A DNA stretch of 63,835 bases, the filler included, from Octopus bimaculoides (Eukaryota), in NCBI RefSeq assembly GCF_001194135.2. It is 4 parts of 4 records of this genome, joined end to end, with 100 filler letters (N's around TTAATTAATTAA, not from the genome) between each part and the next. Parts side by side here need not be neighbours in the genome. Positions count along the whole stretch, not along the records: positions 22,814 to 43,619 come from NC_069001.1; positions 43,720 to 57,878 come from NC_068985.1; 2 more parts are not named here. The stretch is one strand, 5' to 3'. The notes beneath the pieces are model-generated. The model did no database searches. It saw only the letters and a program-made list of their open reading frames with translations, and had not been told where the DNA came from. Of this stretch, positions 38,353 through 50,580 are shown in pieces. How positions within the stretch are numbered: position 1 is the stretch's first letter; the number at the start of each line of letters is the position of its first letter. The translations under genes and the position numbers were made by a program.

Positions 38353-39075
38353 TATGTGTATATATAGTATGTGTATATATAGTATGTGTATATATATTGT
38401 GTATATATAGTATGTGTATATATATTGTGTATATATAGTATGTGTATATATAGTATGTGTATATACAGTATGTGTATATATATTATGTGTATATATAGTA
38501 TGTGTATATATAGTATGTGTATATATATTATGTGTATATATATTGTGTATATATAGTATGTGTATATATATTATGTGTATATATAGTATGTGTATATATA
38601 TTGTGTATATATAGTATGTGTATATATATTGTGTATATATAGTATGTGTATATATATTGTGTATATATAGTATGTGTATATATAGTATGTGTATATACAG
38701 NNNNNNNNNNNNNNNNNNNNNNNNNNNNNNNNNNNNNNNNNNNNNNNNNNNNNNNNNNNNNNNNNNNNNNATATATAGTATGTGTATATATATTATGTGT
38801 ATATATAGTATGTGTATATATATTATGTGTATATATAGTATGTGTATATATATTGTGTATATATAGTATGTGTATATATTATGTGTATATATAGTATGTG
38901 TATATATATTGTGTATATATAGTATGTGTATATATAGTATGTGTATATATAGTATGTGTATATATATTATGTGTATATATAGTATGTGTATATATATTAT
39001 GTGTATATATAGTATGTGTATATATATTGTGTATATATAGTATGTGTATATATAGTATGTGTATATATAGTATGT
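38353..39075. repeat. AT-rich minisatellite of 13-17 bp variants (TATATAGTATGTGTA / TATATATTGTGTA)
   Basis: Read directly; contains a gap at 38701-38770. Confidence 0.95.
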
Positions 39076-39298
39076 AGGTGTGCCTATATAGTGTCTGTTT
39101 GTGTGTATGTTTATGTGTCTGTGTAGTATGGCGGGGGGTGGTCTTAATGTAAAGTGTACACGGTTGTATGCAATATGCTCTCTTGCAGTTTACAACTGCA
39201 AGTGCAGAATACAAAAATGGCTGTGGAATTATACGACGGTGGTGGATATTTCTTCAGAATGAGAATTATGTATGTGTGCAAATGTGTAAGTGCCCGAG

Positions 39299-39332
<34 letters not shown>

Positions 39333-39777
39333 AATAGATTCGTATACACACATATACAGACGCATACATACACGTACTGTATGCGTATATACATAAATAT
39401 GTATATATAAATAAGTATTGATGAGAGCGGTGGTGGTGGTGGGGGAGCAAGTTCGTTTCAACCGAAAGCGCTTCAAGGCGATGCCCCAGCATGGCCGCAG
39501 ACCCTATGACTGAAACAAGTAAAAGTTGACGATGATGACGGTGACGATATATATATATATATATATANNNNNNNNNNNNNNNNNNNNNNNNNNNNNNNNN
39601 NNNNNNNNNNNNNNNNNNNNNNNNNNNNNNNNNNNNNNNNNNNNNNNNNNNNNNNNNNNNNNNNNNNNNNNNNNNNNNNNNNNNNNNNNNNNNNNNNNNN
39701 NNNNNNNNNNNNNNNNNNNNNNNNNNNNNNNNNNNNNNNNNNNNNNNNNNNNNNNNNNNNNNNNNNNNNNNNNNNNN

Positions 39778-39808
<31 letters not shown>

Positions 39809-39976
39809 AACACATACACTTCTATCATTACCACCAGCAACAACACCATTGCTACTGTGTATAGTAGTAGTAGCAGCAGCAGCAGTTAATACTGCATTAG
39901 TAGTAACAATAATATCATCAGCAATAATAATATACAGCAGTCGTCGTCATCATAATCAATGATGATGACAGTGGTG

Positions 39977-40031
<55 letters not shown>

Positions 40032-40456
40032 TAATAATAATAATAGTAATGGATTATGCCTAGACACAAAGTTCCCACTTTATTCATAAATTTTGAATGA
40101 GGTGGAACACAGTTTATTGACAAGTACCTGCTTGTATAACTGGTATTATTTGACTGCCTTCCAGAAACATGGAAAAGTGTATACACACACAGACATACAT
40201 GCGTATGCGCGCGTGCGACCATTTATTATAAGGAAAGGAAGAGATAGTACGCAATACCTAATGACGAGTGTACCTCAATTAATTTTCGACTTGAACAGAC
40301 GAAAATTCGTGGAACTCTGAAAAGTAGCTTCAACGATTTCTCATTTGATCAGGCTGTAAAATATGTGTGCATGCGTGTGTATATGTTGTATTAATTAATG
40401 GATTTTGTTGTGAGATGAATTCGCGAATGGCAGGTTTTTGTATGCTTTCCTTACAG

Positions 40457-40552
40457 AGAATTCCTCAAATGTATCAAGAACAATATAGGAATGAGATGTT
40501 ATGTCCTTCATTCCTTTCCATCTCCTCTGTAACATGGTATGGCAGAAAAGAG
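40457..40552 (+). other. Candidate 96-nt exon, open in phase 0 (RIPQMYQEQYRNEMLCPSFLSISSVTWYGRKE)
   Basis: Acceptor TTTTGTATGCTTTCCTTACAG, donor GAG|GTGAGC; peptide not recognised. Confidence 0.2.
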
Positions 40553-40595
40553 GTGAGCGACAAGTCTTGCCACCATTTCTATAACACTGCCGCTG

Positions 40596-40930
40596 TTCTG
40601 GTTATCCATACTAGAAGAAACAGCTATATGCGATGTTGTGGTGTGTATGCCATTCCCACCATCTGTATTAAGAACGTTAAGGAAGAGCCCATTGTGTACA
40701 AAAGGGTGGTTGTTATTTACACAAGAAGAAGCAGGTATATACATTGTTGTGGCGTGTATGCGATTCCCTAAACCTGTATTAAGAACATAAAGAAAGAGCC
40801 TATTTTATGGAGGGGTGGTCATTAATCATACTAGAAGGAGCAGGTATACGCCTACGATGTAGTGGCGTGCATGGCATTCTCTCCATGAGTATTAAGAACG
40901 TTAAGGAAGAGTCTATTATTGTATGGAGGT
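40596..40930. repeat. Three diverged tandem units of about 111-113 bp
   Basis: GTATTAAGAAC anchors at about 40665, 40776 and 40889. Confidence 0.85.
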
Positions 40931-41948
40931 GTGTGTGGTGGAGTTTTAGCAGTGGGCTTATATTGATTTCTTCGTAGCATAAGGCACATGACCTCATATT
41001 GTTATAGGTTGGTTCTTATATGTGATTAGGTGATGTTCATGCTGCGTTGCAGAAGGTGAATTAACTTCAGGTGAAAATCTTATGCGATAAACACTTGGTT
41101 TCACCTGGTGACACATGCTGATAATTAGATGGATAGGCATGTGGATTGGTAAATAGACAGATAGGCAGACAGATAAATAGACTGATATGTAAATGGATGT
41201 TAAAAAAAGAAAAAAGAAAATAGATTGCTAAATAGAAATGATAGACAGGGTTCGTTAGCAGACATGTACAAAATACTAGAAGATAAATAAACAGATGGAT
41301 TGTGAAATAAAAAAGGGCTGGTAGTTAGATAAATAAATAGACCGATAGCTAAATAGGTAGATAGGCAAATAGATTGGTAGATAAATAGACAGACAGGTAA
41401 ACAGACAGACCGCGATGTAAATGTAGATAGCTAAATAAATATACAGTTGGGAAATAGACAGGTAAACCCGTCAAGAAGGTAAACAAACGAAGATTGATAA
41501 CGATGATGATGATGATGACAGCATACAGCAACTAATTAGAAAGAGACTGCAAATTACTCAGATGGGCAGACGTATAATAAGGTCTATATTACATAAATTT
41601 TGTGAAGCATTTTATGCCCAACGTAACAGAAAGAAAGGCAATTGATGAAAGATGTAGAAGATTTAGATTGATACAAGAATCATATCGAATTTTTTAAATG
41701 TAATTTCTGTTCGATCATGTTTTAAAATTTTGTTTTAAAAGACAAGGAATATGTTGTAATGTTAGGCTGAGGTAGGGAACGTTTGTGATCGATCGAGGAA
41801 CTACAGAAAGAAAATAATACTGTAACACAATAATGACTTAATTATTGAGTTTTTATAGCATTGTTTCAGCTCAGTTTTAAAGTGAATTAAACAACTCCAC
41901 CATGTATCCTATGCATAGCATATCACACATGCATTCACTATATATATA

Positions 41949-42007
<59 letters not shown>

Positions 42008-42009
<2 letters not shown>

Positions 42010-42163
42010 GAGAATATACAAATAATAACAACAGACGAGGACAGGTGGTGTAAATAACAAAAGGATATATTAGTATGACGCTCGGGAATACGGAAAGTCT
42101 TTAACGTTTCGAGCTACGCTCTTCAACAGAAAGAATACGGAGACAAGGAGAAAAACACGGAGA

Positions 42164-42165
<2 letters not shown>
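42008..42165 (-). mobile_element. Penelope-like terminal-repeat (pLTR-like) fragment carrying a hammerhead-like motif
   Basis: Reverse complement matches 53160-53236; contains GAAGAGC-GTA-GCTCGAAACG. Confidence 0.6.
42098..42134 (-). ncRNA. Minimal type-I hammerhead-like motif, U at position 6
   Basis: Stem I UCUUU/AAAGA; core CUGUUGA plus extra A; stem II GAGC-GUA-GCUC; GAA-ACGU-U. Confidence 0.45.
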
Positions 42166-42202
<37 letters not shown>

Positions 42203-43720
42203 CACATATATATATGTATATATATCACACATGCATTTACTAAAAATGTTTGTATACAGACAAGTATGTATATGTATACACACTCACACCACACGTTGAA
42301 ATAAAGAGAGGACGGAACTAATTAAGGTGTAACTAACGACCAGTTTTAATGACTGCTCGGTCAAAATAATTACATAAATTGTGTTTGTTGTCAATAGGAA
42401 AATCACATCTGTGAAGAAAGAAAGGTTTTTTTTCTGATGAAAATAGTCTTTGGATATGGTAAATTACTCCTCAATATTGAAATTTAAGAACCAAATGGAC
42501 AAAATACGTGCGCACGCGCGCATGTTATGGTTGTTTTTCACTGTGTTCACACAAACGTTAAACAAGATCAATCATTTTCGGTGAGGGAGATTATTAAAAA
42601 TCAGTCAATACCAGACATCATATATCTTCCAGCAGGAGCGGACCTTATGGGAGATGATATATATATATATTGTTCATATTAAATGACGGCCAAAATACAA
42701 AACATCACTTAGATTTTAACAAACAGTGGTAGCCATGCAGATTGTTATGAAACTAAAGAATCATTTCAAAATATTTAGATGGAGAGAGAGAGAGAAGGGG
42801 GAAGAAAGAGAAATAGAAAGCTTGTGAGAATGAGAAGACAGACGGAAATGTTGGGCGAACCCCCTACAGAGAATGTGACAACGTTTTAATAGAAGAGATT
42901 TAATGTAATTATAACACTGTTTTTTTTTTAAAGAAAAAAAAAAGGTTATGAAGGGCCGCATGTGGTCTGGCCCTCAGTGTTGCAGGGTTGTCCATCTGAT
43001 GTCCAATGTATCTGGGAGACATAACTGAATAATAATCCCAGTTTAACACACATACAGACATCCTTACAACTAGATTTCCCATGCCTCACACATGGCTTTG
43101 CAGAACAGCTGTATGTGTGTATATAACAGCAGTGTTGACTGTTAAATCCCGCGTGCGCGTATACACACACACACACACACACACACACATTACACACGAT
43201 ATAACAGCAGTCATCTGCATATATATATATGTATGTATGTGTGTGTGTATATATATAGCCTAGCCGAGTGTTATCCCTATCGAACCACAGTCAACGGTTA
43301 TATTAAGGTGTGGGGGTCGAGGGACGAATACAAATATACGATTATTTGAAATGAAATCAAACTCTTCAACGGCAAATATCACAATTACAATCGGCATATA
43401 TATGTGTATATATGCATATGTTTATGTGTGTGTATGTGTGAATATATACACATATATATATTATGCATATATGTGTGTGCGTTTGTTAATGTTATTTTTT
43501 TATATGTGAAGTTATATATAAATATATAAAATCAATTTAATATTAAACGGAATGACTACTCAAGATTGATAACTGTCAACCTATACCTTGAAACATACAT
43601 ACATACACACACATATATANNNNNNNNNNNNNNNNNNNNNNNNNNNNNNNNNNNNNNNNNNNNTTAATTAATTAANNNNNNNNNNNNNNNNNNNNNNNNN
43701 NNNNNNNNNNNNNNNNNNNA

Positions 43721-44041
43721 GATTAGATTTCTACTTTTGCAGTTCATGTTCGCATTGGTGAATATTTTCCCTGTTTTTGTGTTCATATATGGGCCGGTAT
43801 GGATTGATCGGCATGTGCCGCATCGGCTATCATTGCATTTGGATACAGTGAATGTTTGATTTTTGTTGCTGAGGTCAAACCTTGCCTTTGTTAATAGTTT
43901 TTTCAAGTTTTTAGGTTGTCTCTTACTGAGAGTTATATTTTGATCTGTAATGATATTTCTCAATTCCTTACTTTGTGCAAGGATCGGTAAGTTCGCTTTG
44001 GCGATATTAAAGATGTTCTGGTGGCATGGATTTTGTGTCAC
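43721..44041 (-). mobile_element. Penelope-like element ORF fragment (RT-to-GIY-YIG linker)
   Basis: SKRQPKNLKKLLTKARF...SKCNDSRCGTCRSI...NCKSRNLI: CxxxRCxxC and NCxSxNLI motifs that precede the GIY-YIG domain; runs into a gap. Confidence 0.9.
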
Positions 44042-44339
44042 TATAAATGGAATGATCTTTTCCTGTTTGTCTTTTCTTTGCGGTGTCCTCAGTTGTTGTA
44101 TGGGTATTGTATGGGTATGAAAGGAACAATAAGGATTCGAACGAATATGTACTGCATATAGAAATACATTACCAAAATAACGGTAGAAGCATTAGTAAAC
44201 AGCACATCGATAATAAAGTAAACAAGCGTACAAATCCACACACTCAGACTCTGCAGAGTAAGTGCCATCGAAATAGGAAATACACTGTCTTTAAAAATGA
44301 CAAAACAGGCGAGCACTAATACCAATAATCATTCGAAAA

Positions 44340-45170
44340 CTACATTGTGGTATATAATCCCATTTGGGAAGCTGATGATTTCCAACCTCCCTAAATTGTT
44401 CTATACGGCGATAGAAAGATATTTTTCTAGAAAAAAAACAGATACTACAAAATATTTAATAAATATAACATAAATCTAACCTTTTCCGATAGCCGCGTTT
44501 TAGTACAAATAATAGCCGCTCATAATGCACGTAAACTACACATCTTCCAGAAGGATGTTGGTAGTCAGAATACAAATAATAAGATTACAGTAAATAGCAA
44601 CAGTAAGGACATAAACGAGGATACCGTAATTGATAGGACAAGGCCAGAGAGGTATGATAACAGTAGAACTGAGAACCATAGGGAAGTGGCCCTGACGGGC
44701 ATTGAAAGAGGAGGCCGAACTACTAGAAAGAGCAGTACCGAAACTAACAGCGGTTGGGGTACCAAAATAACATGGAAATTAGGATAAAAGAAGAGATGCT
44801 TAGAGAAGCCAACGATTTAATAAGTAATAGAAATAGACAAACTAGTTCAGTTAAATTCTAAATGTAAAACCAGGAACGTTGTCTACAGATGTAATGTAAC
44901 ATCCTAGGATAGAGAATCCCTTTATATTGGTGCTAACCCCCTATTTTTCAAAAAAATACTAGCTAATCACCTGAACTCCTATAAGAAAAGAATAAATTGT
45001 ACAAGCCTAAGTAAACCTATTTGGTTATTTAAAGACAAAAACGTGAGTTATTTGATCGATTGAAAACTGATTAGGACTGCTAAGCCGTATAGAATAGGAG
45101 GAAAGAGATGAGACATCTGCCTAAATGAGCTTTACCAAACATTTAACTCAAAATACAAATTAATAAATAA
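44340..45170 (+). mobile_element. Second Penelope-like element (different family), decayed ORF with GIY-YIG endonuclease
   Basis: Frameshifted ...YYKIFNKYNINLTFS...IIAAHN, then KCKTRNVVYRCNVTS*DRESLYIG...NHLNSY...TSLSKPIWLFKD...*KLIRTAKPY...DICLNE. Confidence 0.85.
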
Positions 45171-45830
45171 CAGACAAGTACAAGCACTGAGATGTATTCA
45201 CACACACGCAAATGGACATTTAGGCAATATTAATGAATACATTACAATATGCAATGCTAATAAAGTGGGGACCAAACCACTAAAAGTGAATTTAAACAAA
45301 CGAAAATATTTGTATGCAAACACCACACACTGTACTAATGGTAGGGAACACATCTATTAAGACATACTAAGAACGCTACAAAATTAACCCCAAAATTGAC
45401 CTATTTTACAACATGACCCTAGCATCTGTCAACAGCAAGGTGAGTTTTAGGTTAGATTTTTGTAACTATAGATAGCAACAGCGCTACATTTTGTGGAATA
45501 CTAAATAACAAACGTTCTTCAACAAGTTCATTTCGAATAAGACCAAACGGACTCACGCTAATGAAACTACACTGAAAATATTGCAAGGCTGCATCTGCAA
45601 CAAATTGCTGTATCTGCAGTGTAAACACGTGTAGGTCATGGTGATGCACTATATATAAGTGTAAAATAGGGGATATAAATCTCCCCGTACTCATTATTAC
45701 TATTAACGTCATGACAACGCTTTTTTTTTTTAATCCAGCACCTAGGTTGCATTGGCGGTAATTATTTCGGTTGAGATCTGCAATTAGCGCACGACAATGG
45801 TTCGGCGTATATTTACATCAACCGCTTTAA

Positions 45831-48017
45831 CCTGTTTACGGCAGTGATTCATTCGGTTGCTGCGCGTGACCATGGTAATCCAGCCGATTGAGGTTAGCAC
45901 TCAGTGAGAGATAACATTCGGAGTATATTTACGTCAACCGCTTTAGTGCAAGTACTGTTTATTTACCTAAACTACATCCCTGTGTAGGACGCCCATACGG
46001 TATTATTCCTGAATGAGATTACTAGACATCACAAGTCAGATCAACTTCATGTATTTACAATCACGAGAATTCGAAAATTGTCTTTAGTGTGGTAGAGTTC
46101 AAAACAGGGTACGACACACTGGAATATTACATTGTGAACTATGGCATCGAGTTTCCTTACGTTTCTCTTTTGCTTTATATACTGTACATCCGTTTGAAGC
46201 ATTTGTCTTCTTGGTGACGTGGGTGGGGGACAGTGGTGGAAGATGCCCACGTCCCTTCACCATGTGATGAGGAGAGAGCCCGGTTAGGGACGTCCACACG
46301 TTCGTTCTTTGGCAAGTCTGTTGCTGTTATCACTTCACGGAACCATATATTTCTGAATGACAAACCATACCCCACACCACCAAGCATCCACCAAATCAAA
46401 TGTGAGTTCACGACACCCATCAAATATATACAAGAACATTTTTTTGTACCATTTGACAAATTTTCTCATTGATTTATGTGTCGTCACCAGCTGATCTGAG
46501 CGATCGACACCACCCATCCCCTCATTGTATGAACCGACTAAACTCGGTTTCATTATTGCATTAACGTCCGCATCTTGTTTCCTAGTGTTCTTCATGCTTG
46601 CAGAATGCATTGTGGATAACATGCAGACGATTTTACTTGTCACGTCACACTAGAGCGAGAAAGGCACTATCGGTGCATCGGTACGCTGTTTCTCCCACGT
46701 AGTTTTATCTTGTGAAGACCAGCTAGCATATTTTTCCCGTGCATCCTCACAGTCCCGCAGGCATTAGTTTTCTTCACCTGTAAATGCAGCAAGTGTTCTG
46801 CACTGGAAATCTAGTTGTCCATATAATATTATAGTCTTTGTCAAACATGTTTTCATTCAGCGACAAAACGACATTAGTTGACGCTAGATTAGACGCTCGA
46901 AGATCCAATATGTCCTGACCAGTGTACTGTTTTAATTTTTCGTATACCCACAGGCTCTGCCAGTTGACTGGCATACTTTATAAACCTGGACTCCAAAGCG
47001 GGCACGTTTGTTTGGGTTGTATTGTTTGAATCGGAGCCTTCCCTTGAATTTCCATAAACTCTCGTCCATACAAATGTCCTCTTTGGGGACATACACTCTT
47101 CTGAAATTTTCAGCAACTTCGTCAACGATGGTACATATTTTGCACAATCTGTCATCTTAGTTCTTGCTTGAGTTGAAATGTAGATTTCGAATCAGCACAA
47201 AATATCGATCATGTAGCATCATTTCGGGAAAGAAAGGTGCCGACCTGACTAGATACCGATTCCAGTATGACTCCAGGGTTGGTTTCTTCACGATGCCCAT
47301 CAGTATCAGCAGGACAAGCAGAACTTTGATTTTCTCCCCTGTGGTTGGAACTCAATCACCGCTATGCCTGGGTCTGATATACTTGGAATGGTTTTTAGTA
47401 TAGTCATTCGTTTCATCACCTATATTTTCGAACATTTCATCCGTCAAAAACTCGTCAAAATGTCCAGTGGGGAACTTCCATGATCAAGGTTTGCCTTTAT
47501 GCCAAGCGTACCAGTAAATCTATTCCATCTCCACCCTATATTTTGTTGTCCAGTGCGATTCAGTGCTGCACGCCTGTACCTTAAGTTCACCGGAATATTA
47601 TCATTGCTCTCGTAATCATCTGATTCTGGACAAGGAAAATACACAATCTCCGAGTCATCGTCCAAACATGAAAAAACAACTAGTGGGGTGGTGGAGCTAG
47701 GTGTAACTTGGCGCGGCGACCGTAAATTCCATGAAATAGGACGGGACGACGAAGTTGACGGAGCCGGAATTGTAGGACGCGACGACCGTAAATTCGGCGA
47801 ACAGGACGCTATGAAGAAGTTCACAGAGCCAGAGAGGCAGGACCAGCCTGTCCGGTTGTATATATTCACATGAAGCATCTAGTCGCCCTACTGGCAGATG
47901 GACCTGTACTAACTCAACTGAATTGATAGGTTCTAAGTCAGGCGGCATGTAATTACGTCGACCGATTAAAAACATATACATAGCGTGCGTAAATTTACAA
48001 CAACCGTTTTAAAAGGG
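45831..48017 (-). mobile_element. piggyBac-family DNA transposon, decayed transposase (PGBD4-like)
   Basis: Fragments LILMGIVKKPTLESYW, ICMDESLWKFKGRLRFKQYNPNKRARFG, YNEGMGGVDRSDQ...KWYKKMFLYIFD and a C-terminal Cys-rich domain ending CFELYHT. Right end AAAAGGG|TTAG at 48011-48021. Left end tentatively at TTAA 45827-45830. Confidence 0.93.
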
Positions 48018-48499
48018 TTAGTATGATAGTGTACCCTACGGAACCTTTACAGTCTTAAGTAGATCACATAGAATTACGCAGCAAGAGAATTTACTGGTTA
48101 CTAACAATTCATTGTAAGCAATGGCATTGGCTACTGACTGTTGTGGTTAGCCGGCATCTGGGACCAAACAGAAAGCTAACACCGTGTCTGCCTGGATAAT
48201 ATATCCCTACAGACTTTATATATATATATATATATATNNNNNNNNNNNNNNNNNNNNNNNNNNNNNNNNNNNNNNNNNNNNNNNNNNNNNNNNNNNNNNN
48301 NNNNNNNNNNNNNNNNNNATCAGTATATGCGAGTAGAAGGGGGCTGGCGTCATTGACGTGTGCGTGTGTGCATGTGTAGGTGTGTGCATGATGATGTGGG
48401 TGCTGGGAAGTGGTCATTGCTACTGTGTGGGGGTAGTGTTGTGTGGTGTGGTGTAGTGCTGTGTGATGTGGTGGTATGATGTGGTAGTGTGTGGTGTAG

Positions 48500-48870
48500 T
48501 CATGGTATTGGGGTGTGGAGGAGGCGAGAGTAGAGGAAGCAAGGGCGGGTGTCTAAGGGATGGGGTGGGGTGAGATGGGATGTATAGGGATGGTGGGGTT
48601 GGAATGTGTAGGGGTGGGTTAACGAGGGAGAGATGACGATGAAGGGAGAGATGACGATGAAGAGAGAAGGTGGAAGGGAGTAGGTGGATAGGAGTGAAGA
48701 GAGGCAGTAGATGTCAAAGTAACAGAGGAGAAGTGAACGGGAAGAAGTAGGTTTCAGAGGAAAAGAGGAGAGGTGGATGGGAGAAAGTAGGTGTGAGAGG
48801 AAGAGAGGAGAGAGGAAAAGAGGAGAGAGGAAGAGAGAAGAGAGGAAGAGAGGAGAGAGGAAGAGAGTAC
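48500..48870. repeat. Purine-rich low-complexity tract (GA mirror repeats, G-runs)
   Basis: Read directly. Confidence 0.85.
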
Positions 48871-49311
48871 GATGAAAAGGGTGGGGGGGTGTTGAGCCTA
48901 TGTGGTGCAAAGGAGCGAAGAGTGAATATTAATCTCTGCTAACGGTAAAATCTATTTGCCAACGTAAGTTGGCAGTCCTGCATAGGACAATCACAGGGAA
49001 ACGTCTTTTCCAACTGGTTATCGATACATGACCTGTATCAGAAATATACTCTGAGCAAGGGTTCGTACTACACCCTCCTAGCCACTAGCAGTATCAACAG
49101 ACTAATGGTTTCTGGGCAATTTCCCGTCCCAGCACACATGTATTGCTTCATCACATTTCCAACAGGCAGGACACTTCACCATATACAAAACTGTGTAGAA
49201 CGCATTTACTACCCTTTAAAATAAAAGGTGGGAGGAAAATATGATCAAAGAAATATCTTACAATCATCATTGCTACGTGTTTGAACAGTAAAGGCAAATG
49301 AAGTTATACTA

Positions 49312-50580
49312 TTAGGTTGTCAAGAAAGTTTATGCAGTTTTTAACCTTTAAATTCAGATGCACATATCTTGGCTCAAACAAAAGTTTATTAATCGAAATA
49401 AACATCATCAGAATCCACACACTTTTACTAACGCGAAACAAGTTTATTTATGCCAGTAGCGTAAAATCCTGCGGTCTGGTGGCGAGGAAGTCGTTGAAGG
49501 CGTGTTTGGCATCGTCTTGGTTTTTGAATCATTTCTCAGGCAGAAAGTTGTTGAGATGCTTGAAAAAGTGATAGTCGGTAGGCAAGAGATCTGGTGAGTA
49601 TGGCAAATGAGGCTGAGTTTCGTGGCCCAATTCGTTCAAATTCTGCAGGGTCAGTTGTGCGACGTGCAGCCGAGCGTTGTTGTGAAGAAGAATTGGTCCT
49701 GTTCTATTGACCAATGCTGGCTGTTGTCGTAGTTTCTTATGCATTTCATCCATTTACTGACAGTACTTCTCCGCCGTAATGGTTTCGCCTGGATTCAAAG
49801 AGCTGTGATGGAAGAGACCGGCCACAGACCACCAAACAGTCACCATGACCTTCTTTGGATGCAACTTTGGGTTCGGGATGTCCCGTGGAGCTTCGTTGGC
49901 GTCCAAGCACTGAACTGAGAGTCGCCGGTTGTCGCATATAATCCACTTTTCATCGGAAGACAATCCGGTTGAGAAACGGGTCGGTCTTGTTGCGTAAAAG
50001 AAGGGAAGACGACTCTTCAAAACGGTTTTTTGGGGGGTCTGTCGTTCAATTCGTGCGGCACCCATTTCTCAAGTTTTTTTGTTTTTCTAATCTCTTTCAA
50101 GTGGTTGGAAATTGCCGTATACGTTACATATAATTCAGAATCAAGCTCTTGAACAATTGTGCATGGATTGACTTCGACTGAGGCTCTTAGTTGATCGTTG
50201 TCAACATCCGATGGCCGACCACTACGCTTATCATGTTCAAGACTCTCACCACCGCTACGAAATTTCTTTAACCACCATTGTGCTGTACGTTCATTAGTGG
50301 CTCCTGGGACAAACTCATCGTTGATATGGCGAGCTGTTTCAGCAGCTCTTGGGCCTAGCTTTAAACTGGAATAAGAAAATTGTGCGAATTTGCTTTTTGT
50401 CCATGTTGCGGAACAAATGTCCTTATTATTCGAAAAGAAAAAGTCTAACACAATTAGATAGAGCGAAACACGGGCTTTGCTATGATATATGAAGTCAAAG
50501 TAATTTAACGAAAATTAGTTTTAAAATACATCATTCAAAACCAAAATTAAAATACCGCAAGATCTTTCTTGGCAAACTAA
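49312..50580 (-). mobile_element. Full-length mariner transposon (about 1.27 kb, Hsmar1/SETMAR-like), inactivated
   Basis: About 30-bp TIRs (TTAGGTTGTCAAGAAAG / CTTTCTTGGCAAACTAA) with TA on both sides. Peptides with RSGRPS, WVPHEL, DEKWI, KKVMVTVWW, LLHNNAR, PYSPDLLPTDYHFF; several frameshifts. Confidence 0.96.
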
